Shown here piece by piece: positions 1 through 9,462 of a stretch of DNA of 64,000 bases. The notes under the pieces are model-generated. The model was given only the letters and a program-made list of their open reading frames with translations. It searched no databases and was not told the DNA's origin. The position numbers and the translations under genes were made by a program. This DNA comes from Opitutaceae bacterium (GTDB lineage Bacteria > Verrucomicrobiota > Verrucomicrobiia > Opitutales > Opitutaceae), in the NCBI GenBank assembly GCA_018402455.1, contig JAGYIG010000001.1, positions 148,164-212,163 on the forward strand. The letters run 5' to 3'. Position 1 is the first letter of the stretch, and each line of letters starts with the position of its first letter.

Positions 1-844
1 CACCACCAGGCGCTCCCGTTCGTTGTCGGTATCGGCGATAAACGACTCATCGCTGCGCTGGCCCAGAAAGGTGGTCGCCAGACTGGTGTCGCGGGGGCGC
101 CCCACCACCAGCAGCCGTTGCCCGATCGCAAACGTGTCTTCGGATCCGAGCGGGAACAGACGGCCGTCGCGCACCACGCGCGAAATCTGACACGAGTAGC
201 CGGCGAGGATGCCCTCATCAATCCGGCGCCCCACCAGATTGGAGTTGGTCACTTCGACCAGCACGTTTTGCACCCCTTGGGTGGCGGTGGCGATGTCTTC
301 GGCGGCCTGTTCACCGGGGTCGGGCTTGAGCAGACGCGGCACCAATTGCACGAACAACACCACGCCGATCACCCCCAGCGGATGGGCGATGCCGTAGCCG
401 ATGGCGACCGCTTGGGCGGTGGCCCCCTGCCTTCCGAGAGGCCGCCGCCAAGGCCGGGGGTGCTGGGTGAGCGCGCCGGCAAAAGACCGACACTGAGGTC
501 GGCGGGCAGTTCAAACAGCCGGCCCAATCCCCGGTGCCAGGACCGCGCCACTGGCCACGATCACAAACTGCTTATGAGGCCCCCCTTCGCGGGCCAGGGC
601 GGGAAAAACGGGGCCCCCCGCGCCGATGCCGACACAGTAGACGAAGAGGGCCAAACCGGAAATTGCCCACGCCGCCGGGAATATCGAGACCGAGATGCCC
701 GAACGCCAGCAGGGCCATGAACAGCACGCCCGAACTGCCGAGATTGATGCCCTGGATCGTGATGCCACCCAGCAGTAGCCCGGCACCGATGATGGTGAAC
801 AGCGCGATGAGCGGATTGCCAAAGACGATTTCCAGAATGTGCAT
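1..844 (-). pseudogene. AspT/YidE/YbjL-family transporter (TrkA-C domains), multiply frameshifted, runs off the window
   Basis: N-terminus MHILEIVFGNPLIALFTIIGAGLLLGGITIQGINLGSSGVLF (572..844 ORF) continues in another frame as GLALFVYCVGIGAG (511..1008 ORF); the reverse strand at 1-135 reads FAIGQRLLVVGRPRD...DTDNERERLVV. The indels may be sequencing errors. Confidence 0.7.
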
Positions 845-992
845 GGTTGAGTGGATCGGTCCGATCGAAACGGGAACTGTCTCCGGAACCTGCGCGAAAC
901 CGCCGCGGTGGGCAAACGATTCCGCGCTGGCGGCGAGCGGTTGGAGCGACGCGTTAAACTGACGCGGCCCTGCGGCGGCCCTTGGTGGAAGG

Positions 993-2030
993 ATGACACA
1001 ACGACCATTGGGTTTTGAATTATGTCGGCACGGGCATGATCGCGGAGTGCACGCTCAGGCCATCAACGCGGTGGACGGCGCCACCTTGATCGGGGTGGTC
1101 AGTCGCGATGCCGAGCGAGGACGGGATTTCACGGCCCTTCACGGTGGGCACCCCTCGTGGCGACCTCGGTCGAGGAGCTGGTCGCCCACGAGGCGGTGTG
1201 AGGGTCTGTATCAACACCCCGAGCGGCGCCCACCTGGAACCGGCGCTGGCCGCCATCGCGGCGTGGGTAAACACGTCGTGATTGAAAACCTCTCGAAATC
1301 ACCACCGCCCGGGTCGATGCCCTGTTACGCGGCGGCGCAAGCCGGCGTGAAGGTCGCCCCTGATTTTTCAGCAGCGCTTCAGTGAAGGCGCCCAAGCCCT
1401 GAAAGCGCCGTGGAGGCAGGACGCTTCGGGCGGCTGACTTCGGCGGGTTGCTACGTGAAGTGGTTTCGCGAGGAGTCTTATTATACGGGTTCAGCCTGGA
1501 AGGGCACCCAACGCCATGACGGCGGGGGGTGCGGTGATGAACCAAGGCATTCACGGCGTGGATTTGCTGCAGTGGTTGGCGGACTGCCGGAGCTGGTTTC
1601 GGCCTTCACCACGCGACGGGTCCATCAGGGATCGAAGTTGAGGACACCGCGGTGGCGAGCCTGGGTGCTTTCCCAGTGGTGCCCTGGCACCATTGAAGCG
1701 ACTCACGGCAGCTTGGCCTGATGGGCCATGCGCATTGAACTGTGTGGCGAGAAGGGGTCGGCGGCTGGAGGATGGGGTGACTACGGAGGGACCTTTCACA
1801 TTGATCCCGCCGACGCCGCCATCCGGGGAGAGGCGGCGACCGGGTCCGGGGCCGCCAATCCGGGCGGTATCTCGATCGAAGGCCATCGGCGGCAGATTGC
1901 CGATCTCTTACCGCGGTGCGCGAGGACTGCCGTTGAAGATCGCAGGACCGATGCCCGCAACGCCGTGGCCCTGATCAACGCACTCTTACGCCTCAGCCGC
2001 CAGCGCCGTGGACCCGAACCGGTGTCCTGA
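993..2030 (+). pseudogene. Gfo/Idh/MocA-family oxidoreductase, multiply frameshifted
   Basis: Pieces in different frames: MTQRPLGF.., HAQAINAVDGATLIGVVSRD, KHVVIE, GRFGRLTSAGCYVKWFREESYY..WKGT..DGGG, MRIELCGEKGSA, EGHRRQIAD. Together they make one ~340-aa member of this family. Confidence 0.75.
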
Positions 2031-2091
2031 ATCCAAGGTCAAATCAACGCCCTGGTCAGGGTCCCCCGCACTCCCGGCAACGTCTCAGTGC

Positions 2092-2129
2092 CCCCGGAAC
2101 TTGTCATCTCCTAGATGCATGTTCCGGGG
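2092..2129. terminator. Hairpin between convergent genes (possible terminator)
   Basis: ccccggaac ... gttccgggg with an inner catct/agatg stem; no clear U-tract. Confidence 0.35.
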
Positions 2130-2138
2130 AGGGAGCGT

Positions 2139-3089
2139 TCAGCGCAGGCGGTAGCGGATGACGGGGGGCTGTTTTGCCTCGGTGGTGAGCAAGAGCGTGG
2201 CGCCGTCCTCGTCGAAGCAGAGGGCTTCGGATTGCGGCAGGCCTTTGACCGGCAGGCGCTCGGGGGTGCCGCTAAAAACGTCGGCCCAGGATTGATCGGC
2301 TTCGCGGTGATAGAGGTAGACGTTGCCGTAGGTCAGCACGGCTGCGCTGCGCTGATCCGGACTGATATCAAACGCGGTCACTTGGGAGCGGAATTGACCG
2401 AGCCGGCCCGGGAGGGCGCGTTCCGCTGGCGTGGGGGGGATGATCCCCGACAGGGGCGTCGATTTGACCGCGACGAGGGGAGGGTCGTCGGCGGTCTGGT
2501 TCAGGTTGAGCGGCAGGGTATACAAGACCGGCGGCTCGGTGCGTTTCGAGATCAGGAGAATTTGGCGATTGGGTCCATCCACCGCCACGCCCTCACAATC
2601 CCGCGGGCCATCTTCGTAGCGGAACCGGATGACCGAAGTCGCCGGTAGCTGGAGGCGGGTTTGAGGGGCGAGGGTGCTGAGATCGGGTTCGGGCAGCAGG
2701 TAGAGGGTGGTGTCGTGCCGAACGGCGTGGTTGTCGCCGACGTCGGCGATCAGGAGCCAGGGTTCGCCGTCGATTTCGAACCGGGCCAGGTCCTCCCAGT
2801 CGCGGGCGGTGGCATGGGTAATCTCGAGGAGGGCGAGCGTCTCGCCGGTGGGTCCCACCGCGAAGAGACGGGGGTCATCGCCACTGTCATTGTGCATCCA
2901 AAGCACCCCGGGTTGGCGGCGGGAGCCGACCATACCGCTGATCTCATCCAACCGGCCGTCCTGGATCGTCATCACCGTTTCGGGTGGCTCGTAGGCGTGG
3001 GAGCGGGGCGGAAGGGTGGAACAACCGACCCACAGCAGGGCGCCAAGCGGCAGGAATCGAAGAGCAGAGCGTTTCAAGATTCGAACCAA
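2139..3089 (-). CDS. Putative lipoprotein, probable beta-propeller (SdiA-regulated/NHL-like) fold
   Basis: 316-aa ORF; signal-like N-terminus ending LLWVGC; repeated acidic motifs HNDSGD, DWEDLA, ADVGDN, DCEGVA, QSEALCF. Confidence 0.55.
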   Translation of the reverse strand: MVRILKRSALRFLPLGALLWVGCSTLPPRSHAYEPPETVMTIQDGRLDEISGMVGSRRQPGVLWMHNDSGDDPRLFAVGPTGETLALLEITHATARDWEDLARFEIDGEPWLLIADVGDNHAVRHDTTLYLLPEPDLSTLAPQTRLQLPATSVIRFRYEDGPRDCEGVAVDGPNRQILLISKRTEPPVLYTLPLNLNQTADDPPLVAVKSTPLSGIIPPTPAERALPGRLGQFRSQVTAFDISPDQRSAAVLTYGNVYLYHREADQSWADVFSGTPERLPVKGLPQSEALCFDEDGATLLLTTEAKQPPVIRYRLR

Positions 3090-3176
3090 AGGGGTGCATG
3101 GGGACGAGGCAAGTCGGAGCGATGGGGGGGCGCTTTGTATTTTGCATTTGCGGTCAATCCTCCGAAAGTGGGGCCC

Positions 3177-4115
3177 ATGTGTGCCGCCACTCCTCTGGTT
3201 TTCCGTCGCTTGATGAACGAAATTGGCTCGGTCGATGCCGTGGGGGTGGAGGAGCGCGTGGCCAAGTATACGACCCGTTCGATCAAGACGGCGTCCAAAG
3301 TGGCGGGTCTGAAGTTGGCGGTTTCGATGGTGGATCTCACCACCTTGGAAGGAAAGGACACGCCGGGGAAGGTGCGGGCCTTATGCGCGAAGGCGATCCG
3401 GCCGCATGACGATTTGGATTGTCCGGCGGTGGGGGCGGTTTGCGTGTATCCCTCCATGGTCCCGCACGCGCGGGCGGCGTTGGGGGACAATTCTCCCGTG
3501 AACATCGCCTCGGTGGCGACGGCGTTTCCCAGCGGGCAGGCGCCGCTGCGCACGCGGTTGGCGGAGGTGAGGGCGGCGGTGGCCGCCGGCGCCGATGAGA
3601 TCGACATGGTGATCAACCGCGGGGCCTTTCTGGCGGGGGACTACAACCGGGTGCAGGATGAAATCGCGGCGGTGGTCGAGGCCTGTGGTGACGCCACCCT
3701 CAAGGTGATTCTCGAAACCAGCGAGCTGGAAACCTACGATCACATTCGGGCGGCTTCCTTTCTGGCCCTGCGGGTGATCAGGCCAGGGGACTTCATCAAA
3801 ACCTCCACCGGCAAAACCGGCGCCAACGCGACGTTGGCCAACAATCAGGTCATGCTCGAAGCGATCCGGGACCACTATTTTGCCACCGGCGATGCGATGG
3901 CGATGAAACCGGCCGGCGGGATCAAATCCGCCAAGCAGGCGCTCCACTTTCTCGTCGCGGTGAAGGAGACCCTGGGCGATGCGTGGCTGAATAATCGCCG
4001 TTACCGTTTTGGCGCCTCGTCGCTGCTCAACGACCTGCTGCGGCAGTTGGTCAAGATGGAGACCGGCGCCTATCCGGCCCCCTACGCTTTCAGTGAGGCG
4101 GCGGGCACGTATTGA
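3177..4115 (+). CDS. deoC: Deoxyribose-phosphate aldolase
   Basis: Motifs VDLTTLEG, AVCVYP, DEIDMVINRG, LKVILET, DFIKTSTGK, KPAGGIK, RFGASSLL; start chosen at ATG 3177 (ATG 3213 also possible). Confidence 0.93.
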   Translation: MCAATPLVFRRLMNEIGSVDAVGVEERVAKYTTRSIKTASKVAGLKLAVSMVDLTTLEGKDTPGKVRALCAKAIRPHDDLDCPAVGAVCVYPSMVPHARAALGDNSPVNIASVATAFPSGQAPLRTRLAEVRAAVAAGADEIDMVINRGAFLAGDYNRVQDEIAAVVEACGDATLKVILETSELETYDHIRAASFLALRVIRPGDFIKTSTGKTGANATLANNQVMLEAIRDHYFATGDAMAMKPAGGIKSAKQALHFLVAVKETLGDAWLNNRRYRFGASSLLNDLLRQLVKMETGAYPAPYAFSEAAGTY

Positions 4116-4147
4116 ACGATCGGGGACGCGCGGCGCGGGCCTGACGC

Positions 4148-4522
4148 TTAGCCGCGGGTCTCTTTCAGCAGCCGTTTTACCAAGATCCCCAACTCGTGCA
4201 GGGGCGCACTCTTGTTGTGGTAGGCATTGATTTTTCCCGACAGCTTTTCGTCGACGGTTTGTTCATCGAACCACACCCCGGTGAGGAGGATGACCGGAAC
4301 GTCCGGCAGCTTTTGGCGGAGTTCCGTCACCAGAATGAGCCCGTCGGATTTTTCCAATTGCAGATCGGTGAGGATCAAGTCGGGGGGATGATCGACGACG
4401 GCTTGTTTGGCTTCACGGGGGTTCTTGGCGCGCACGACGTGGTAGCCTTCGATGCTAAGATACTCATCGAGCAGGTTCAGAATGACGTCTTCGTCATCGA
4501 TGGTGAGGATGGTGGTTTTCAC
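4148..4522 (-). CDS. Single-domain response regulator (receiver only)
   Basis: ILTIDDED, PDLILTDLQL (phospho-acceptor Asp), VILLTG, YHNK; GTG start at 4522. Confidence 0.88.
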   Translation of the reverse strand: MKTTILTIDDEDVILNLLDEYLSIEGYHVVRAKNPREAKQAVVDHPPDLILTDLQLEKSDGLILVTELRQKLPDVPVILLTGVWFDEQTVDEKLSGKINAYHNKSAPLHELGILVKRLLKETRG

Positions 4523-4539
4523 GGCGGGAGTCGGTGGGT

Positions 4540-5670
4540 TTAGCGGGAGGTGATGCGGAGCGTCACGACGCCGCCGACGATGTGGTCCTGGTCGCGCAGC
4601 GGGTAGAGGCTGAGCAGGACGGGAAGGGTGGAGCCTTGGGCGGTTTTGACGGTGGCGGCCTGATCGATCAGGTCCTGGCCGACCCGCAGCGCCGTCTCGA
4701 CCGGATCGAGCGGAGCGGAGGAGTCGCCCTCTCCCGTGACGAGCACGAGATCGGACAACGGTTGATCCACCAATTCGGTGGCGGTGCGCCCGGCCAGGCG
4801 TTCGGTCGCGGGATTGAGGCGGGAGATATTGAGGGCGCGGGTGATCACGACCACCGGACTGGCCACGCTGGCGATGATGAGCTGATTGTAGCGAAGCTGA
4901 TGGTCCAAGGCCTCCGCCTTCCAACGGCTTTCGAGATTTTCGGAGCGGAGTTCATTGTTACGCTGGGCCAGTTCGGCGGTGCGGGCGCGCACCCTGGCTT
5001 CGAGGTCTTCATTGGCGCGCGCCAGCAGCTCGGTTTCCCGTTTGCGGGCCTGCAGGTCGTCGCGAATGAACCAACCGGCGGCGATGAGGACCAGGAGGTT
5101 GAGTCCGGCGCTGACGTAAAGGGTGGTGCGGGCCTGCAGGTCTTGTTCGAAGGCGATGCGGTCGCGCTCCCGCAACAGGTCCTGTTGTCGACTGATGATG
5201 CGTTGGGCCAGGCGAGTCACCTCCAGATCCGCGCCTTCCGGATCGGAGCGCAGTTGGGCCTGCACATCGGCGCGGTCGCCCGCGCGGGCTGCCGCCAGCA
5301 GGCGCCGGGCACGATCCGCCCGGGCCAGCAACGCGTCGGCCAACTCCGTGAGGCGGGCGGTTTCGTCCGGGTCCGCCCCGGCCAGCGCCTGGGCAAATTC
5401 CAGATGCTCGGCGAGATCCGCGAAGGCATGTTGAAACGCGACCTCCTGCGCCGGGCTGTTGCTCAGCAGGTAGGCGTGCAGCGCGCCGTCGGCGGAGCTG
5501 CTTGCGGCCACGGTGGCGCCAATTTCCGCCATGTAGGCGTGGGTGTGGTTCACCCATTCGGCGGATTTCTTGGCCCGCTGCAAATTCTGTATCGAGTATA
5601 TCAATACGCCGATCAGACTGACGGCGAGGAGGCCAAACAGGATTAGGACGATGCGAAATGTTTTATCCAT
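4540..5670 (-). CDS. Membrane sensor: TM-CHASE3-TM-coiled coil-PAS, no kinase or cyclase output domain
   Basis: N-terminal TM, WVNHTH CHASE3 signature, second TM (LYVSAGLNLLVLIAAGWFI), LEARVRARTAEL coil, PAS (VVVITRALNISRLNPATERLAG...GGVVTLR), then stop. Confidence 0.8.
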   Translation of the reverse strand: MDKTFRIVLILFGLLAVSLIGVLIYSIQNLQRAKKSAEWVNHTHAYMAEIGATVAASSSADGALHAYLLSNSPAQEVAFQHAFADLAEHLEFAQALAGADPDETARLTELADALLARADRARRLLAAARAGDRADVQAQLRSDPEGADLEVTRLAQRIISRQQDLLRERDRIAFEQDLQARTTLYVSAGLNLLVLIAAGWFIRDDLQARKRETELLARANEDLEARVRARTAELAQRNNELRSENLESRWKAEALDHQLRYNQLIIASVASPVVVITRALNISRLNPATERLAGRTATELVDQPLSDLVLVTGEGDSSAPLDPVETALRVGQDLIDQAATVKTAQGSTLPVLLSLYPLRDQDHIVGGVVTLRITSR

Positions 5671-5687
5671 GGGACAGGCGGAAAGGG

Positions 5688-6338
5688 CTAATCAACCAGC
5701 AGGGGGTTGGGCCGGGCGGTGGCCTTGCGCGGTGGCGGATCGTGGCGGGGATCCTCCACCCGCACCACCCGGGCGGTGATGCGTTTGCGGGGGTCTTCGT
5801 AGGAGAATTCGTATTCGAAGGCGGCCGTCCAGTTGGCGTTCAGGGATCGGGCCACTTTTTCGGCGATGTCGCGCAGGGCCGGACCCGAGCGGGTGAGGGT
5901 GAAGAAGACATCGCGGTTGTTGAAGTCGAGGTAGGCCCGGGACTCGGTCACGTAGCAGACCGCGTGAGACGTCAGGCCCACGAGGCGCACATGCACCAGC
6001 CGAGTCTCGAATCCCTTGGGTGCGAGCACGTCGTCCGCCAATGAGGCATGGTCATCACAATCGCCGCGGCGGTTGCGCAGAAACTCGTCCGGGGGCTGGA
6101 CGTAGTGAAACAACTCGTAGTCGAAATCGGCGAACAGGCGGCTGAACGCTTTAGGTGTCAGATCCGGGTCCTGATGGAGTTGATGCCGCGTCAAACCGGC
6201 TGCCGACAACGGCCAGATCATGATCCCGAGGAGGAGCCACCGGAGGAATCGGCGGGTGCTTCCGGCCCTGGCATCCCCCGTTCCCCGTCCCGAGGAGGAC
6301 GGCGAGGGCGACGCAGGTGCTGGGCGGTGGGGTTTCAT
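5688..6338 (-). CDS. Exported transglutaminase-like (Cys-His-Asp) protein
   Basis: Hydrophobic signal/TM WLLLGIMIWPLSAAG; GDCDDHA (Cys), SHAVCYV (His), YLDFNN (Asp). Confidence 0.7.
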   Translation of the reverse strand: MKPHRPAPASPSPSSSGRGTGDARAGSTRRFLRWLLLGIMIWPLSAAGLTRHQLHQDPDLTPKAFSRLFADFDYELFHYVQPPDEFLRNRRGDCDDHASLADDVLAPKGFETRLVHVRLVGLTSHAVCYVTESRAYLDFNNRDVFFTLTRSGPALRDIAEKVARSLNANWTAAFEYEFSYEDPRKRITARVVRVEDPRHDPPPRKATARPNPLLVD

Positions 6339-6554
6339 GAAAGGGCGGAAGCTCGCGACGGGGGTGGGGAAATTGAGCGAAATCGGGAGCGGACAGCAGC
6401 GTCCGACCCCGGACCTTAGGGCAAACGATCGGGGAGGGGAACGCATTTATGCGGGTCGGAATCATCCCCTGCCGGGATGAGCGGGGCTTTGCCTTGTGGT
6501 TTGGCGGCACTTGTCGGAGAGTGGCGCCGATCCTCGATTTTCCCGTTTACCGCC

Positions 6555-8057
6555 ATGCCTGTTGTTTCAAAAAAATCGTCGGCCCGGGCCCCACGCCGAC
6601 GCGTCGAACCTGAACTCATTTTCGGTGACCTTTGGGAGTTTGATCCCGCGCCGGAATCGGCCGATCCCAAGCTGCGGGCGAGCTACGGACTCTTTATAGG
6701 GGGCAAGTTCGTCGCGCCCCAAAGTGGCCGCACGTTCACCTCGATCAATCCGGGCACGGGTCAGCCGTTGGCGGAGATTGCGCTCGCGGGTTCGGCGGAG
6801 GTGGACGCCGCCTACCGGGCAGCGACCAAGGCTTTTTCGCCCTGGGCCCGACTCCCGGGGGCCGAGCGGGGGAAATACCTCTACCGCATTGCCCGCATCC
6901 TGCAGGACCGGGCTCGTGAATTTGCCGTGGCCGAGACCCTCGATGGGGGCAAGCCGATCAAGGAATCCCGCGACTTCGACGTGCCCATGGCGGCGGCGCA
7001 TTTTTTCTACCATGCCGGCTGGGCGGATAAATTGGCCTACGTGTTTCCCGGCGCCACGCCGCAACCGCATGGGGTGGTGGGTCAGGTCATCCCCTGGAAT
7101 TTTCCTTTGTTGATGCTGGCGTGGAAGATCGCGCCTGCGCTGGCGACCGGTAACACCGTCGTGCTCAAGCCCGCCGAGACCACCTCGATCACCGCCCTGA
7201 AATTCGCCGAAGTGCTACAGGAGGCGGGCCTGCCGGCCGGGGTGGTCAATATCGTGACCGGCGCGGGGGAAACGGGGGCGGCGGTGGTGAACCACCCCGC
7301 GGCGGCGAAGGTTGCATTCACCGGGTCCACCGAGGTGGGCAAACGGATCATGCGCTCCACGGCCGGCACCGGCAAAAAGCTCACCCTCGAACTCGGAGGC
7401 AAGGCGGCCAATATCGTCTTCGAAGACGCCCCGTTGGATCAGGCGGTTGAGGGCATCGTGAATGGGATTTTCTTCAATCAAGGCCACGTCTGCTGCGCGG
7501 GTTCGCGCCTGCTGGTGCAGGAAAGCATCGCCGCGGGCGTGCTGCAGCGGCTGCGCCACCGGGTGCAGGTCCTGCGGGTGGGCAACCCGATGGATAAGAA
7601 CACCGATATCGGGGCGATCAATTCGCGGGAGCAGTTGGACCGGATTACGGCGCTGGTGAAGGCGGGCGTGGCGGAAGGCGCGGAGATGTTTCAGCCTCCG
7701 ATCGCCCTGCCCCGGCAGGGCTACTATTTCCGTCCGACCCTGTTCAGCGGGGTGGAGCAGAGCCACCGCATCGCCCGGGAGGAGATCTTTGGTCCCGTGC
7801 TCTCCATCCTCACCTTCCGCACGGTCGCCGAGGCCGTCGAGAAGGCCAACAACACCGCCTACGGTCTGAGTGCCGGGGTGTGGACCGAGAAGGGCTCGCG
7901 CATTCTCAAGCTGAGCACGGAGCTGAAGGCGGGCGTCATTTGGGCCAACACCTTCAACAAATTTGATCCCACGTCACCGTTTGGTGGATACAAAGAATCC
8001 GGCTTCGGCCGGGAAGGCGGCAAACAGGGCCTCGCCGACTACGTCAAACTCACCTGA
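6555..8057 (+). CDS. NAD-dependent aldehyde dehydrogenase (deoC-associated, full length)
   Basis: IPWNFP, LKPAE, FTGSTEVG, LELGGK, FFNQGHVCCAGSR, EEIFGPV, FGGYKESGFGREGG. Confidence 0.93.
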   Translation: MPVVSKKSSARAPRRRVEPELIFGDLWEFDPAPESADPKLRASYGLFIGGKFVAPQSGRTFTSINPGTGQPLAEIALAGSAEVDAAYRAATKAFSPWARLPGAERGKYLYRIARILQDRAREFAVAETLDGGKPIKESRDFDVPMAAAHFFYHAGWADKLAYVFPGATPQPHGVVGQVIPWNFPLLMLAWKIAPALATGNTVVLKPAETTSITALKFAEVLQEAGLPAGVVNIVTGAGETGAAVVNHPAAAKVAFTGSTEVGKRIMRSTAGTGKKLTLELGGKAANIVFEDAPLDQAVEGIVNGIFFNQGHVCCAGSRLLVQESIAAGVLQRLRHRVQVLRVGNPMDKNTDIGAINSREQLDRITALVKAGVAEGAEMFQPPIALPRQGYYFRPTLFSGVEQSHRIAREEIFGPVLSILTFRTVAEAVEKANNTAYGLSAGVWTEKGSRILKLSTELKAGVIWANTFNKFDPTSPFGGYKESGFGREGGKQGLADYVKLT

Positions 8058-8082
8058 GGCGGAGCCACTCCGCCGCGTTTTT
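8058..8082 (+). terminator. Intrinsic-terminator-like hairpin after the ALDH gene
   Basis: GGCGGAG-CCA-CTCCGCC followed by GCGTTTTT. Confidence 0.5.
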
Positions 8083-8083
8083 G

Positions 8084-8535
8084 AACCACGAATGGACACG
8101 AATAAACCCGAATTAGAGAATGACCTGTTACACGGTGATTTGGTGTATCGTGTCGTGGGCTGTTGTTTTGAAGTGATGAAGGAGATGGGGCATGGATTGC
8201 ATGAAAAGCCTTATGAAAATGCCTTGGTCATTGCTTTTGATGATGCCGGGTTGCCGGTTAATCAGCAGCAGATTTACCCCATCACTTTCAGGGAGCAAAA
8301 AGTGGGAGAGTATATCCCTGATCACATCGTTGATAGTGCGATCGTGGTGGACACCAAGGTAGTGGATAGGATTGGCGACCACGAACGCGGGCAGATGCTC
8401 AACTATCTCCGCATCACCGGCCTCTGGGTCGGCTTAATCGTAAATTTCAAACACGCCAAACTAGAGTGGCAGCGTGTTGTTCTATAACCTGATTTACCTG
8501 AGTTGATTTGAGTAAATTCGTGTCCATTCGTGGTT
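8084..8535. mobile_element. Putative mobile cassette: 20-bp inverted repeats bracketing a GxxExxY gene
   Basis: AACCACGAATGGACACGAAT at 8084-8103 and its exact reverse complement at 8516-8535, both with outer T/A tracts; interior visibly lower in GC than its neighbours. Confidence 0.6.
8092..8487 (+). CDS. GxxExxY protein (PD-(D/E)XK nuclease superfamily)
   Basis: GHGLHEKPYENAL (GxxExxY), YIPD..VVDTK, GQMLNYL, GLIVNF; 131 aa; the ATG lies inside the left inverted repeat. Confidence 0.9.
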   Translation: MDTNKPELENDLLHGDLVYRVVGCCFEVMKEMGHGLHEKPYENALVIAFDDAGLPVNQQQIYPITFREQKVGEYIPDHIVDSAIVVDTKVVDRIGDHERGQMLNYLRITGLWVGLIVNFKHAKLEWQRVVL

Positions 8536-8547
8536 AAAAAGAAACTC

Positions 8548-9420
8548 ATGCCTAGACTGACTATTTCCAAGACGCCCAAGTGTTATGTCGGGGGTAAGTT
8601 CATTCGCTCCGAGAGTGGGCGCACGTTTCCGTTGCACGATGCGACCGGCGCCTTCTTCGCGCACGTGCCGCAATGCACGCGCAAGGATGTGCGCAACGCC
8701 GTCGAAGTTGCCGCCCGGGCTGGCGCCGGCTGGGCGGCCCGTTCCGCCTACAACCGGGGGCAGATCCTCTACCGTCTCGCCGAGATGCTCGAGCCGCGGA
8801 CCAAAGAGCTCGTCGAGGCCTTGAAGTTGAACGGCCTGCCCTCCGCCGCGGCGAAGGCCGAGGTGGTGGCCACCATCGACCGCGTGGTGCACTACGCCGG
8901 ATGGGCCGACAAGTATGAGCAGCTGCTGGGCAACGTGAACCCGGTGGCCTCCCCGCATTTCAACTTCACCGTCACCGAGCCCATGGGGGTGATTGGTATC
9001 GTGGCGCCGGATGACTCGCCTTTGCTGGGCCTGCTCACCTGCATCCTGCCGGCCATCACGGCGGGCAACAGTGTCGTGGTCATCACGGCCGAGACCGCGC
9101 CCTATCCGGCCATCGCCTTGGGCGAGATGTTGGCGACGAGTGATCTGCCCGGCGGGGTGGTGAACCTGCTCACCGGTTTCCGCCAGGAGATGGTGCCGAC
9201 CCTCGCCACGCATGCGCACCTGAGGGCCATCGGGGGCGTGGTCGATTCCGCCGACCGCAAGATCCTCGAAATCGGCGCGGCGGAAAGTGTGAAACGGGTC
9301 AAGGTGCTCAACGCGGTGCCCCCGCTCGATTGGTATGCCGGCGACGGCCCTCAAGCCTCGCTCTACGCCATTCAGGATTTTTTGGAATACAAGACCACCT
9401 GGCACCCGGTGGGCGCCTAG
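8548..9420 (+). CDS. Truncated aldehyde-dehydrogenase-family protein (NAD-binding and oligomerisation parts only)
   Basis: KTPKCYVGGKFIRSESG, YAGWADK, EPMGVIGI, LPGGVVNLLTG, EYKTTWHP; lacks ELGGK, the catalytic Cys segment and EEIFGP; 290 aa. Confidence 0.85.
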   Translation: MPRLTISKTPKCYVGGKFIRSESGRTFPLHDATGAFFAHVPQCTRKDVRNAVEVAARAGAGWAARSAYNRGQILYRLAEMLEPRTKELVEALKLNGLPSAAAKAEVVATIDRVVHYAGWADKYEQLLGNVNPVASPHFNFTVTEPMGVIGIVAPDDSPLLGLLTCILPAITAGNSVVVITAETAPYPAIALGEMLATSDLPGGVVNLLTGFRQEMVPTLATHAHLRAIGGVVDSADRKILEIGAAESVKRVKVLNAVPPLDWYAGDGPQASLYAIQDFLEYKTTWHPVGA

Positions 9421-9462
9421 GCTTCGCGGGTGAGGCGGCAGTCTTACCGTCGCGTCGCGGTG

